Assembly: GCF_006345805.1 (NCBI RefSeq)
Contig: NC_042998.1
Span: forward strand, 88,474,001-88,538,000
DNA length: 64,000 bases
Reading direction: 5' to 3'
Source of the DNA: Octopus sinensis
Taxonomy: Eukaryota
The translations under genes and the position numbers were made by a program. The notes beneath the pieces were generated by a model. That model ran no database searches. It was given only the letters and a program-made list of their open reading frames with translations, and was not told where the DNA came from. Shown here one piece after another: positions 1 through 10,957 of this stretch (position 1 is its first letter; each line of letters opens with the position of its first letter).

Positions 1-1960
1 AGAGAGAGAAGCCAGGGCCATAGAGAATATTAAAAAACAACCCTAAAGCCTTCTTTAAATTGCGAAAGAAACCACCTCGGTACACTGCAAGATTGGCCCA
101 CTCTTTGATAAAAAGGGCTCTCTAACTGAGGACCCCCAAGGGATAAGTGAAATACTAAAGGAACAGTATAAAAGTGTGTTCACATCCCCTCTGGGGCACA
201 TGCAAATCACAAACCCAGAAGTTTTCTTTGATGCCACAACACTCCAAAACCAAACAACAACCATCGACCACATAGACATAACAGAGAGGGATGTAATATC
301 TGCCATAGAAGAAATGAGAATAATAAACTCAGCTGCTGGACCAGATGGATTCCCAGCAGTCCTCCTAAAAACATGCAGGCATGCCCTAGCGGGACCACTG
401 AAGAAGCTCTCAGTGGTTCCTTGGCTAACGGTAAACTGCCCAGGCGCTAAAAGAAGGCACCATATGCCCTATCCACAAAGGAGGGAGTAGAGCAGAGGCC
501 AAAAACTACAGGCCAGTCTCCCTGACGTCACACATAAGTAAGGTCATGGAACGAATCATCAGAAAAAACTGATCACGTTCCTCGAAGAAACTACCGTCTC
601 ACTGACACATAGCATGGCTTTCGCCCAGGAAGAGCTGCCTTACGCAGCTGTTACAACACTACGACTGGGTACTGAAACAACTACTGGATCGCTCACAGGT
701 GGATGTGGTATATCTCGACTTTGCGAAGGCCTTTGACAAAGTCGACCACGGAGTGATATGTCACAATTACTCAGACTCGGCATAACAGAAAAGTAGGTGA
801 GTGGATACATGACTTCCTGAAGGACAGAAGCCAGATGGTTGCAGCCAATGGAGCCCTCTCGGGAAAGACACCAATAGCAAGCGGGGTGCCACAGGGCACA
901 GTCTTGGGACCCTTGCTGTTTTTGGTGGCGCTCTCTGACATGCCCTTGGTAGCACAAACACATCCCTCACTAGCTATGCTGATGACACAAGGTAGCACAG
1001 GCAATCAAAAACCCAGCTGATGCTGACCTTTTACAACAAGATCTGGATGCCATATACAAATGGGCTGAAGACAACAACATGCAATTTAATGCTGGTAAAT
1101 TTCAAGCCTTACAATATCAAGCTGTAAACACATATACATTACAACACAACTATACTGGTCCAGGAGGGATCGAAATCCCAGTATCGAAATCAATACGGGA
1201 CCTGGGGATAGACATGAGTGACGATGCATCTTTTTCTTCACACATCGCGAAGGTGGCGACAATGTGCAGACGACTCACTGGCTGGATCCTGAGGACATTC
1301 CGGACAAGAGACTGCGAGACCATGTTGACACTATGGAGGACATTTGTCCTAAGCCGCCTGGACTACTGCTCCCAACTGTGTGGTCACCGCATAGTGTCAA
1401 ACTAACCACAGAGCTTGAGACAATCCAAAGACATTTCACCAAGAGGATTTCCACCATGAAAGAAAAGAACTATTGGGAGAGGCTTAGGGAACTCAATTTG
1501 TACTCCTTGGAACGAAGACGAGAGAGATATGCAGTGATATACATATGGAAAATCCTGGAGGGACTAGCACCAAATTTTGGAATTGAGAGCTGTTCCAATC
1601 CCCGTACAGGACGTCACTGTGTGGTGCCAAAGGTCCTGTCTTCCACATCCAGGGTAAGGAGCAGATACTGTAATAGCCTGGGGTTCAGGGGCCCTCAGCT
1701 TTTCAACAAACTGCCAAGAAAACTAAGAGATCTACATGATGCGGATGTGGACATTTTCAAAAAACATCTAGACAAGCTGCTTTCCGGAATCCCAGATGAA
1801 CCCACTGCAAGGTACGAAGGTAACCTAAGGGCAGCAGCTACAAACTCTCTCTTAGATCAGTGGCCAGCCACGGCAAACTGGACTTAGAGAGGGTAGCAAC
1901 AAGGGCGGTGCCCCAGCATGGCCTCAGCCGGATGGCTGAAACAAATAAAAGAATAAAAGA
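1..1960 (+). mobile_element. CR1/L2-type LINE, RT domain to 3' end, frameshifted
   Basis: Motifs across frames: AAGPDG, NYRPVSLTS, YLDFAKAFDKVDH, SGVPQGTVLGP, YADD, RDLG, WERLRELNLYSLERRRERY; tail ends aataaaagaataaaaga. Confidence 0.92.
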
Positions 1961-1961
<1 letters not shown>

Positions 1962-2024
<63 letters not shown>

Positions 2025-2030
2025 ATATAT
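1962..2030. repeat. (TA)n microsatellite
   Basis: Direct reading. Confidence 0.95.
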
Positions 2031-2236
2031 ATTACATATATATTGAGAAAAAAGGTTGCCAGAATTTTGGAAAAAATCTTTTTTTTATTCATCATTACTA
2101 GCGCTTTCGTTCGTTTCTCGATCTTGTCAAATACAATTTTTGTACCCACACCTAACTCCTCTATGCATATATACTTATATATATATATGTGTATGTATAT
2201 TATATATATATATATATATAATATATATATATATAT

Positions 2237-2275
<39 letters not shown>

Positions 2276-2380
2276 TACATATATACATATATACATATAG
2301 CTTAAGCATAGCAGTATTATACCTGGTGTTAGAACTCAAAATGCAAATACTTCAGAGAAAAGCATTAGTCGAATACAGAG

Positions 2381-2504
2381 CGTAATAAGAGAGATTATAT
2401 ACATAAAGGAACAAGAAATTATGTAATGAACTTCGTTACATCACCTAATGCAGTTCATTACATAATTTCTTGTGTCCTTGTCATTTATATAATCTCTTAT
2501 TGCG
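2381..2504. repeat. Imperfect inverted repeat, about 52-bp arms, 19-nt loop
   Basis: Inner 22 bp perfect (acaagaaattatgtaatgaact / agttcattacataatttcttgt). Confidence 0.85.
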
Positions 2505-3759
2505 TCATATATATAATGCTAATTATGAACGAAAAGTCACTTTCAAATAGAGGTAGGACTCGAGATGAATAATATATATTCCATTAAATTAAATTTATTT
2601 ATTTTTTTAGATGGTCATATGTTTCACTCGAAACGTGGTTTTTAAACAATTAAGGTATTTTCTTCATCCTGACGGAATTCATAGTCAGAATACGCGAGTA
2701 TTCTAAAAATACATAGAGGAGATAAAGACAGTTTATATCATCTTGAATGGAAAGGGGGAAGAGTGTATCAAAGGAAGAGGTATAGTTGTCATGGAGGGAA
2801 AGGAGAACCATACCGGCAACTAAAGCGCGGACGGATTTATAATTAATTATAAGAACACTGAAGTTAGGCGTAAAAGGATATTTGGGGGAAAATATGGGAA
2901 CTATAATCTTGATAACTTGATAGTTATCTCTTAAAAAGGGAACAAAGACCCCAATATAGGTTTTACTTGTAAATTAGAGCGAGATGAATTGCATAAAAAT
3001 TTACAAAATTATAAATAAGTAACTAAGTAAAAAGCATCTATAATCTAGAATTTAAAAATTAATTAATATTCAATCAAATTGGATTCTATCTTTCTGAAAG
3101 AGAAAAGATGTCAGAAAGAAAACATTTTAATAACCAAAGAGGTCTTGGAAATATATAGATAAAGGAGAGAAAAATGAGAAGCGTAGAAGTACAAATTGAG
3201 AAGTGCTGGGATGAAAGCGTGAGATTAAAGGAGTAATGCAGAAGAAATGATTAAGTAAATATAATTAAAAACAAAGTAAATTGCAATAAAGGGTATTAAT
3301 TTGAAAGAAATAGTTTTAAAGAATAACAGTTAAATTATTAATAAAATGAAATTTTAAAAATCTGGAGTATAAAAGACAACATTAATGTTACTAAATAAAC
3401 TACGTTGACAAAAAAATTTAATTAAATCTTCGTATTGGGAATATGAAAGAAAAATGCAGTTAAATAAAAGGAAGAAAACTAAGAGAATATATACAATATC
3501 AGCGGGGCGGGGGCACGGTAATAGTAAGCGGTAATTAGATTTCGACTTGCGGATATGATAAAAGTTGAAGTACGAAGGCAATTAAAACCGAAGAAAGTAT
3601 ATTAAATAAACCTATTAGGTCAAGAAAGGTTTTTAAAAATTAGTGATAGATAGTAAAAGTTTCCTAGAAGTAAATGCTTCTATTACAGCCGGTGCAACAA
3701 GAGTTTAAGTTAGTGGATCAATTATTTACTATCTTCAGAGTAAAGTTTTCAGTTTGTAC

Positions 3760-4320
3760 CGGAGATAGAATTTTGAGGTCTTATGTTTACAGGAGGAGAT
3801 CTTTTTGCTAAAGTAGATTCCTGTTAGCGATTGAGATGACTAAGATTATTCTCAGGCAGAAATAGCACGATCTCTTCTTACCAGAATACTGTTCTTGCCT
3901 CTTAATACTATTTTCCGTTTTAATATGCAGTTAGCATTATTCTCTTTTAGCTACCAAATAAACTGTAACGTTTTTTATCTTGTTTACGGAATGAGTGAGT
4001 GTGGTTGTTGTAGCATAGTTTAAAGAGTGTAGAAATGGAACGCATACAAATGTTCATTGAGTTATTAAGGACAACATTGCATCGGTAGACTATAACATTA
4101 TATAGACATTTATGGTATGGTGGGGGAAATTACTAGAATAATGAATTTTCAAATAGTGTTCCGATATATATTAGCATAATAGGTTATGTTGAACTTTTGT
4201 AGTTGACGGGAAGGTTTGTGCGAAGTTAGGAGCAATGTGATAGGATCATTTTGTAATATTTCGTTTAAAATTCTACGTTGCAAGGGGAAGCATTTTCTTA
4301 GAGAAGGGAAGAAAGGATTC
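3760..4320 (-). mobile_element. Decayed Penelope-like element, GIY-YIG endonuclease region
   Basis: Minus-strand frames give KCLYNVIVYRC..., FKLCYNNHTHSFRK, W*LKENN...KRKIV, SCYFCL, ISSCKHKTSKFYL, in the order of the PLE C-terminal GIY-YIG consensus; many stops and frameshifts. Confidence 0.65.
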
Positions 4321-4753
4321 GAGATAAGATTAACTATGAGTTATTGCTGAATTGAACTACGTTTTATTTCTTATTTCTATTACAATTCCTAATGTTAATA
4401 GGATGCAGCTTGTAAGTAATTGGTATGTGGTAGGTTTCACGTTGCAAATTTCCTCTGTACAACCGCTCCTATGTTCTACATTGCTCTCTTCTTTTTCTTC
4501 TATAAAATAATTCAACATTATGCTTTATCTTTAGCATTTTATTTTTAATAAGTAAATATAACATTTAGTATGTAAATATAGCATTTAATAAGTAAATATA
4601 ACATTTATTTTCAAAGATTCTCATTGGTGTAATAAGTAAACGGAATTTTTCATCAGGTTCCAAAAGTAAAACAAAAAATATTTAAAATAATCTGTGGAAG
4701 GATATTTGTAACGATAAACCAATTTCTTCCTATTCTTTTATGGTCAAAATAAT

Positions 4754-4920
4754 CCTTTCTACTATAGGCACAAGTCCTGAAATTGAAAGAAGTAGCAAGT
4801 CGATTACGTCGACTCTAGTACTCAATTGCTAATTATTTTATCGACCCCGAAAGAATGAAAGGTAATGTCGACCTCAGCGGAATTTGAACTCAGGACGTAA
4901 TGACCGATGAAATGCCTCCG
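4754..4920 (-). mobile_element. SINE family A, partial
   Basis: tcgaccccgaaagaatgaaaggtaatgtcgacctcagcggaatttgaactcag core shared with many copies in the window. Confidence 0.75.
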
Positions 4921-6286
4921 ACCCATCCTAAAAGAAGATGATATATTTCGAAAAATTTAGCAAATATGATGTAGTTCTTAGCTCATATGAAAGAAGGTTA
5001 AATTTTATCTGGCCCAATCATCACCATCTGCTCTTCATTTCTTTACCTGTATACTGTAGTAGCTTCTTTGTCTCTAGAACTATTTCACTTCTCATGAAAA
5101 CATAACATTTGATCCTCACGAAGTTTTGTAAATGCTTTCTTTTCAACTATGTCTGCTTTCAAGGTTATCAAATTAACCTGATTAAAATTGACATTCATCC
5201 TGAGCTATCTACGCTTTACATACACATATTAATGTTTGTATGTATGTATGTATGTACATGTTTATGTTCATGTAATTGATATACAAAGAAGAGAAACAAG
5301 TACTTAGTACGTGTAACAGAATTTATCTATTAATTTGAAGCTGAGATTTCATTTTGTTGCTGCTTCAAGTTTTTCTTCTTTATGACAATTCTCAAAGCAA
5401 CTAGCTGGCGGTTCTGGTTTCTGATAACTTTAGGGCTTTGTGCACTCCTCAGTCTTTTACAAAGTTACACTCGACCAATGACAAAAAGATAAATGACTGG
5501 AAAGAATTTTGACAACACTGTGAATCAAAACCTGTTAATTGCATTAAAGAATATAACACTCACAACAGACACTTGGATTAGTAAATGAGCTACGCCTCAC
5601 TATTGAATAAACATGTGGATTAACAAGTTCAAAATATTAGTATTTCTGTTGAAAGAGCAATAGAAGAGAAGTGAGAAAACTGTGAACCTGTGAGCTAGTC
5701 ATTGCAGTCTGTATGTATGTACGTATGTAAATATGCATGTGCATGTGTATGCGCGCGCGCGTATGTGTGTATGTGTGTGTGAAGAAAGTATGCACAGGAG
5801 ACAACAAAGACATATAAGGTATAGGAAACAAAATCAAAACAAGATAGACTTCCTTCATCAGCTGTTGATTTGGAGGTCATGGCAGCTTTGATAACTCGAA
5901 ACGGTGTATTTCCAGTGGTGCCAACAGTTTTAAAGAAAAATATTGCTAGGAAGTGAACAGTAACTGACTGAAACAAGTAAAAGAGTAAAAGAGTAAAAGA
6001 GTAAGACAAGTTGGATATTGTGTGTGCGATAGCAAGAAACGGGACAGCGAAAAAGAGTATAAAAACATACCGAAAGTATTTGAACCTTTCGACTAACAGC
6101 TTAAATATGGGTGGGTGTTGATAGGAACAGGACAATAACAAGTTTATGAACAATATTAGTATGTTTCGACTGAGTAAAGAGAAGGATGACACTGAAGTTA
6201 TACTGAAATACCTAAACAAAGCAAAACGAGAGACGGTTGTATATAGAACTGATGTTAGGAAAAAGGAAGATGGTTGATCATTCTAC

Positions 6287-6690
6287 TTGCTCAGAGGCCT
6301 ACGCAAAGTTTCAGAATGTATATGGAGAGGAGTGTATGAGGAGTACACGCAAGTATACAAATGGTTTAGACGTTTCCAAGATGGCCGAATAAGTGTCGAC
6401 ATTGACGAACGTTCTCGGAGATCTGTAACCAGCAGAACTGAGAAAAACATCCCAGATGTACGTGCAGCTGTGAGGGGAACTTGTCGAATCACAATCCGTG
6501 ATAACTCAGAGGATGTGAAGATTAGTTACGGTTTAGTTCAGTCGATTATCACTGAAGACTTGGGTATGAAATGCGTGTCTGCCAAGTTTGTGTCAAAACT
6601 GTTTTCAGTTGACCAAAGAGACATTCTTTGCACAAGATCTCCTTGATTGTGCCGAGAACGATTAAAACTCTTTGAAAACTTTGCGTAGGT
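6287..6690 (+). mobile_element. mariner transposase N-terminal fragment
   Basis: VYKWFRRFQDGRISVDIDERSRR...ITIRD...ISYGLVQSIITEDLGMKCVSAKFVSK: mariner HTH domain and WVP-linker region. Confidence 0.85.
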
Positions 6691-6896
6691 CTCTGAGCAG
6701 GTATCGCCAAGCGACAATTACACGCTACACACCTTCCTTCCAAGCACTACTGTAAACAGCGGAAGTGAGCTAGAGCGTTAAAATTTAGCGCGCATGCACG
6801 GCAAAGTTTAAGGTCAATCTTTGCCAAGCGGCTGCACTCTTAGTGCTTTACCTTCGTTATTATGGCAACAGTTCCAATACTTATTGATCAGACCAC

Positions 6897-6897
<1 letters not shown>
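6676..6897 (-). mobile_element. mariner 5' end (TIR and leader), inverted relative to the adjacent transposase fragment
   Basis: Minus strand reads TA-cgtggtctgatcaataagt...; 6676-6700 is the reverse complement of 6287-6311. Confidence 0.65.
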
Positions 6898-6966
<69 letters not shown>

Positions 6967-6975
6967 ATATATATA

Positions 6976-7643
6976 GTCGCAGTGTGCAAGTGAGTGGCCG
7001 GATAGATTCTGAGAACCTTCAGAACAAGGGACCAGGAAGCTATGCTGGTCCTATGGAACACATCTGTACTCAGCCGTCTGGAATACTGCTCTCAACTGTG
7101 ATCAGTGTAGGATTAATAGCGGAACTTGAGGCGGTTTAGCGGTACTACACAAGGAAGATTGCATCAATAGAACAGCTGAGCTAGTGGGAGAGACTGAAAG
7201 AGCTACGACTCTATTCCTTGGAGCGTAGACGGGAGAGGTATGCTGTGATATATGTGTGGAAGATATTGGAGGGGCTGGCACTAAACTTTGGAAAGGAGAG
7301 TTATACCTGACCTCGAAATGGACGTCACTGCACTGTTCCAAAAGTCCCACCTCTCTCATCTAAGATGAGTACCATGTACTGCAATACTATTTAATGCCTT
7401 GCCAAAACATCTGAGGGGTCTCCATGGAGTGGGGGTAGATATTTTCAAGAAACACCTTGACCTTTTGCTATCCAAGATCCCAGATGAACCAATACCACAT
7501 CAGGAAACTCAAAAGAGAGCAGCAGTGTCGAATTCCCTCCTTCACCAAAAGCCAATCACACAGAATTGAATAATTAAAGGGCGATTTCACTGGCGATGTC
7601 CCAGCATGGACACAGCCTTAGGGCTGAAACATAAAATAAAAGA
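6976..7643 (+). mobile_element. CR1/L2-type LINE, 5'-truncated second copy
   Basis: ILRTFRTRDQEAMLVLW, WERLKELRLYSLERRRERYAVIYVWKILEGL; same 3' tail type as 1-1960. Confidence 0.88.
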
Positions 7644-7706
7644 ATATATATTTATATATATTCATACATATATGTGTATGTGCGCGTGTGTGTGCGTGCG
7701 TGTGTT

Positions 7707-7739
<33 letters not shown>

Positions 7740-7773
7740 TTATGTGTATATGTATATGTATGTGTATGTATTA

Positions 7774-7800
<27 letters not shown>

Positions 7801-7806
<6 letters not shown>

Positions 7807-8150
7807 GAATAAATAAATGGAGTTTAACGCAGGTGTAATCAAATATTTTTACTTTCGACACATGTTTCGAAAATTCCACTGATACTATTCAAAAGAATAA
7901 ATGGTATAAACAATGCAATCTTCTCCTCAGGAAAGTGAAAAAAGCGAAACTTGTCAATAAGACATTTTAGCAAAAAATGATGGATATGTATAGCGATAGA
8001 CAGAATGCTATTAATATTGTTTAAAAAAACGTTATATGATATAACGTCATTTATTCTTTTGAATAGTATCAGTGGAATTTTCGAAACATGTGTCGAAAGT
8101 AAAAATATTTGATTACACCTGCGTTAAACTCCATTTATTTATTCATATAT
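7801..8150. mobile_element. Fold-back element with perfect 103-bp inverted repeats (PLE pseudo-LTR-like)
   Basis: 7801-7903 is the exact reverse complement of 8048-8150; 144-bp spacer; contains a hammerhead motif. Confidence 0.85.
7851..7936 (-). ncRNA. Type I hammerhead ribozyme (predicted)
   Basis: Minus strand: ACTTTC-CTGAGGA-GAAGATT-loop-AATTTTC-GAAA-C ATGT G-TC-GAAAGT, i.e. 6-bp stem I, canonical core, 7-bp stem II, short palindromic stem III, GUC site. Confidence 0.75.
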
Positions 8151-8809
8151 TATTCAAAATATTCAACGTAAACACGAAGTTTCTACCTTTATAAACAAGG
8201 AGTTACATCTTTACTTGTGAGATTTTTGCTACCCTGGTAACTATTTATATATATTCAGTTCTCTCGCCCACTACATATTTCTTCATTTTGTAAAGTTTCT
8301 TCCTCTCTCAAATATTTTTTTTTAAATTTCAAGTTTTAATCTCAACCAAATGTTGGAACAAATTTCATCTTTAGGGGCATTTAAAATCATTCCTAAATCC
8401 AACGTGTTCTTTGTCACTACATGTGTTAGTTTCAACTGACGTTATCTAAAATTCAAAATTTTCTTGCAGTTTAGATTCAATCAAGAATCAAGTTCTAGTA
8501 CTTAGCAAAAACCTTCAAGCTGTCATTTGCTTCGATTAGTTTCTTTCTTTTTGTATTTATTTTCACATTAAGGGGTTTCTTTCAACAAAATCGTCTTATC
8601 AATAAAACAAAATATTGGCAATTTATTTCATATTTAATAAAAAACAATTAATAAAAAGAATTTTTATTAAGTTTTATTTTTCTAGATTTCAATCTCCCTG
8701 TCTTTGAAAATCAATTTTCTTGTAACTGGCAAAGTTGATGCTACAGTCAGCAATGTCATATTCATCATTAGTGTCCTCGTTAACACCAGTATTCTTGTCG
8801 CCTACATCT

Positions 8810-9037
8810 TCCACTTCATCATTATTATAATCCTTATCATCATCACAACCACCACCGCCATCATCATCATCATTATCATCAACTTAACAATTATAGTCAT
8901 TATTATAGGTGTCCTCATCATTAACGTTTTCATCTTCACCATCGTCATCCTCACAAATATTATTGCTGTCAACATTATTGTTTTCATAGTCTACATCACC
9001 GCGACCGCTGACATCATCATCATCGTCGTCGTCGTCG

Positions 9038-9069
<32 letters not shown>

Positions 9070-9085
9070 GCTGCAGTCATCATAT
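8810..9085. repeat. Degenerate (ATC/GTC)n low-complexity tract
   Basis: Direct reading. Confidence 0.85.
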
Positions 9086-9120
9086 CATATAAGTCTTTTC
9101 TATTTTTTCACAAAAATCAG

Positions 9121-9420
9121 GACGCTGGGCCTAGTGATTAGGGTATTTTACTCACGATCGTGAGATCGTGGTTTTAATTCCTATACCGGGAAGGGGGGGT
9201 ACATTGTGTTCTTGAGCAAAACACTTCATCTCAAGTTACTCTGCGATCGCTTCGACCCCTGACGCGTGGTACACCGTGCTCCTGTTCACACAACGTTGAT
9301 TTGATGGTGGGTGTGTGCTAATGCTCAACACATGCATTTGATCACTATAAACAAATCATTTGTGCAGGTCGTTCGGCAAAAACTGAACACTCACACATCG
9401 TCTTCGATGGGAAAGTTCAA
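9121..9420 (+). mobile_element. tRNA-derived SINE (family C-like), diverged
   Basis: ctagtgattagggt A-box-like start; gtgttcttgagcaaaacacttcat core. Confidence 0.55.
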
Positions 9421-9858
9421 CATCTTTCATTAGTTTTATGAGCTTTAGTAGATTATATTGAGCCCTTTACTTTAGTATTTATTCTATTAGCTCATAAGAG
9501 ATAAAAAAGCAAAGTCGACGAATACAAAGGGATATAACTGAGAGGAAACCAAACACTACAAAATGCGTATATTTGTTTCATCACTTATAGATACTCACAC
9601 ACACACACACACACATTCTGTGGGATTCTGCAAATTTTCCATTTCCAATTTCCTTCACAAACCTTTGTTTGACCCAAGTATGTGGTGGAAGACAATTGCT
9701 TAAAGTTCTTCACATTACTGAACCCAGAACCACATAGCCATGCATGTTGTAAGTATGGAAGGAGAATTTCTTCCTCTTTCCATACAACTTACCAGTCTCG
9801 GGGACCCTGTAAAGGTTCGTTGATATTGCCTTTTTCTTCCATCTAAGCAATATAAATA

Positions 9859-10377
9859 ACTAGCAGTATCGCCCGGCGTTGCTCGGGTTTGTAAGGGAAA
9901 TAACTATATAAGCATTTTTAGAGAGTTACTTCCCTTATATATGCCAATTCGGGCTTTCTTAGCCATTTCTGTTTTGGTGTCTTCAAGCCATGAAGTCGTT
10001 GTTCTAAAAGAACGCTGGTCTCCTTGACAACGCTTTACGACGTTGATTTCCTTACACTCCCTTCCCCACAGCTTCACGAGGGAGGGAAGAAGGGGGAGAA
10101 GAAAACACAGGTGCAGGTGTTTGGGCGTGGACGCCAACTCCGCCGCCATCGACACACGAAAAATTATGCAGTAAAATGGAATAAAAAATTATGTTAAATT
10201 ATTTTTTAAATCGTAGACTCATCGTAGACGCGCGCTAATACTCAGACGGGCTCGATATGAATCACGACTATAAGATACCCGAATTTGGTTAAACTGCACC
10301 GCAAAATGTGGGAGGAGTTAGGAATCTAAATTGAAGGGGACAGACACTCACACAACTACAGTTTTATATATATAGAT
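9859..10377. mobile_element. Helitron/Helentron-like non-autonomous element (Lep1/DINE-1-like architecture)
   Basis: Starts actagcagtatcgcccggcgttgctcggg (subterminal hairpin); ends ggaggagtt...acagacac...ttttatatatatagat; same termini as 31545-32107. Confidence 0.55.
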
Positions 10378-10550
10378 ATCCATTATAAAATTAACTCAGC
10401 CTTGTTCTACGTAAGACTTCAATATCTAGAACCCCGTTGGTCATGATAGACTATAGATATCTACAATCTTGACTAGGCACCATGTATTAATTTAATATTC
10501 ATATATTATATTCATTATACATTTAATATTCATATTAATATTCAATGTTT

Positions 10551-10957
10551 GGGCGGCGAGCTGGCAGAAACGTTAGCACGCCGGGCGAAATGCGTAGCCG
10601 TATTTCGTCTGCCATTACGTTCTGAGTTCAAATTTCGCCAAGGTCGACTTTGCCTTTCATCCTTTCGGGGTCGATAAATTAAGTACCAGTTACGCACTGG
10701 AATCGATGTAATCGACTTAATCCGTTTGTCTGTCCTTGTTTGTCCCCTCTATGTTTAGCCCCTTGTGGGTAGTAAAGAAATAGGTATTTCGTCTGCCGTT
10801 ACGTTCTGAGTTTAAACTCTGCCGAGGTCGACTTTGCCCTTCATCCTTTCGGGGTCGATTAAATAAATACCAGTTACGCACTGGAGTCGACGTGGTCGAC
10901 TTAAACACCTCGTTTGTCCCCTCTATGTTTAGCCCCGCTATGGGCAATAAAAAAATA
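10551..10957 (+). mobile_element. SINE family A with internal partial duplication
   Basis: ggcggcgagctggcagaaacgttagc head, gagttcaaat B-box-like motif, core repeated twice; aatgttt on both flanks. Confidence 0.85.

Noticed and set aside
2095-2135. Hammerhead-like remnant (minus strand TTGACAA-GATCG...CGAAC-GAAAGCGCTA)
   Set aside because: Two core mismatches, a broken stem II and no convincing stem I.
1838-2385. IY-rich ORFs on both strands (likewise 12458-12821, 24421-24726, 27388-27829, 34043-34423, 61405-61635)
   Set aside because: They are translations of (TA)n, (CA)n, (GATA)n and (TATG)n microsatellites, which lack stops in some frames.
2600-2670. Possible hammerhead at the PLE 3' end (minus strand GATG-AAGA...GAAAC-ATAT-GAC-CATC)
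   Set aside because: The CUGA core is missing, stem II does not pair and the cleavage triplet is GAC; too degenerate to call.
5000-5450. Exon-like stretches on the minus strand (VNLITLKADIVEKK..., YQKPEPPASCFENCHKEEK...)
   Set aside because: In-frame stops or weak acceptors, no joinable frame and no recognisable family.
8704-9141. 145-aa hydrophobic ORF that looks like a membrane protein
   Set aside because: It is a degenerate (ATC/GTC)n tract with no splice or homology support. The same applies to 15243-15558, 22744-23286, 34924-35415 (apart from exon B) and 37818-38531.
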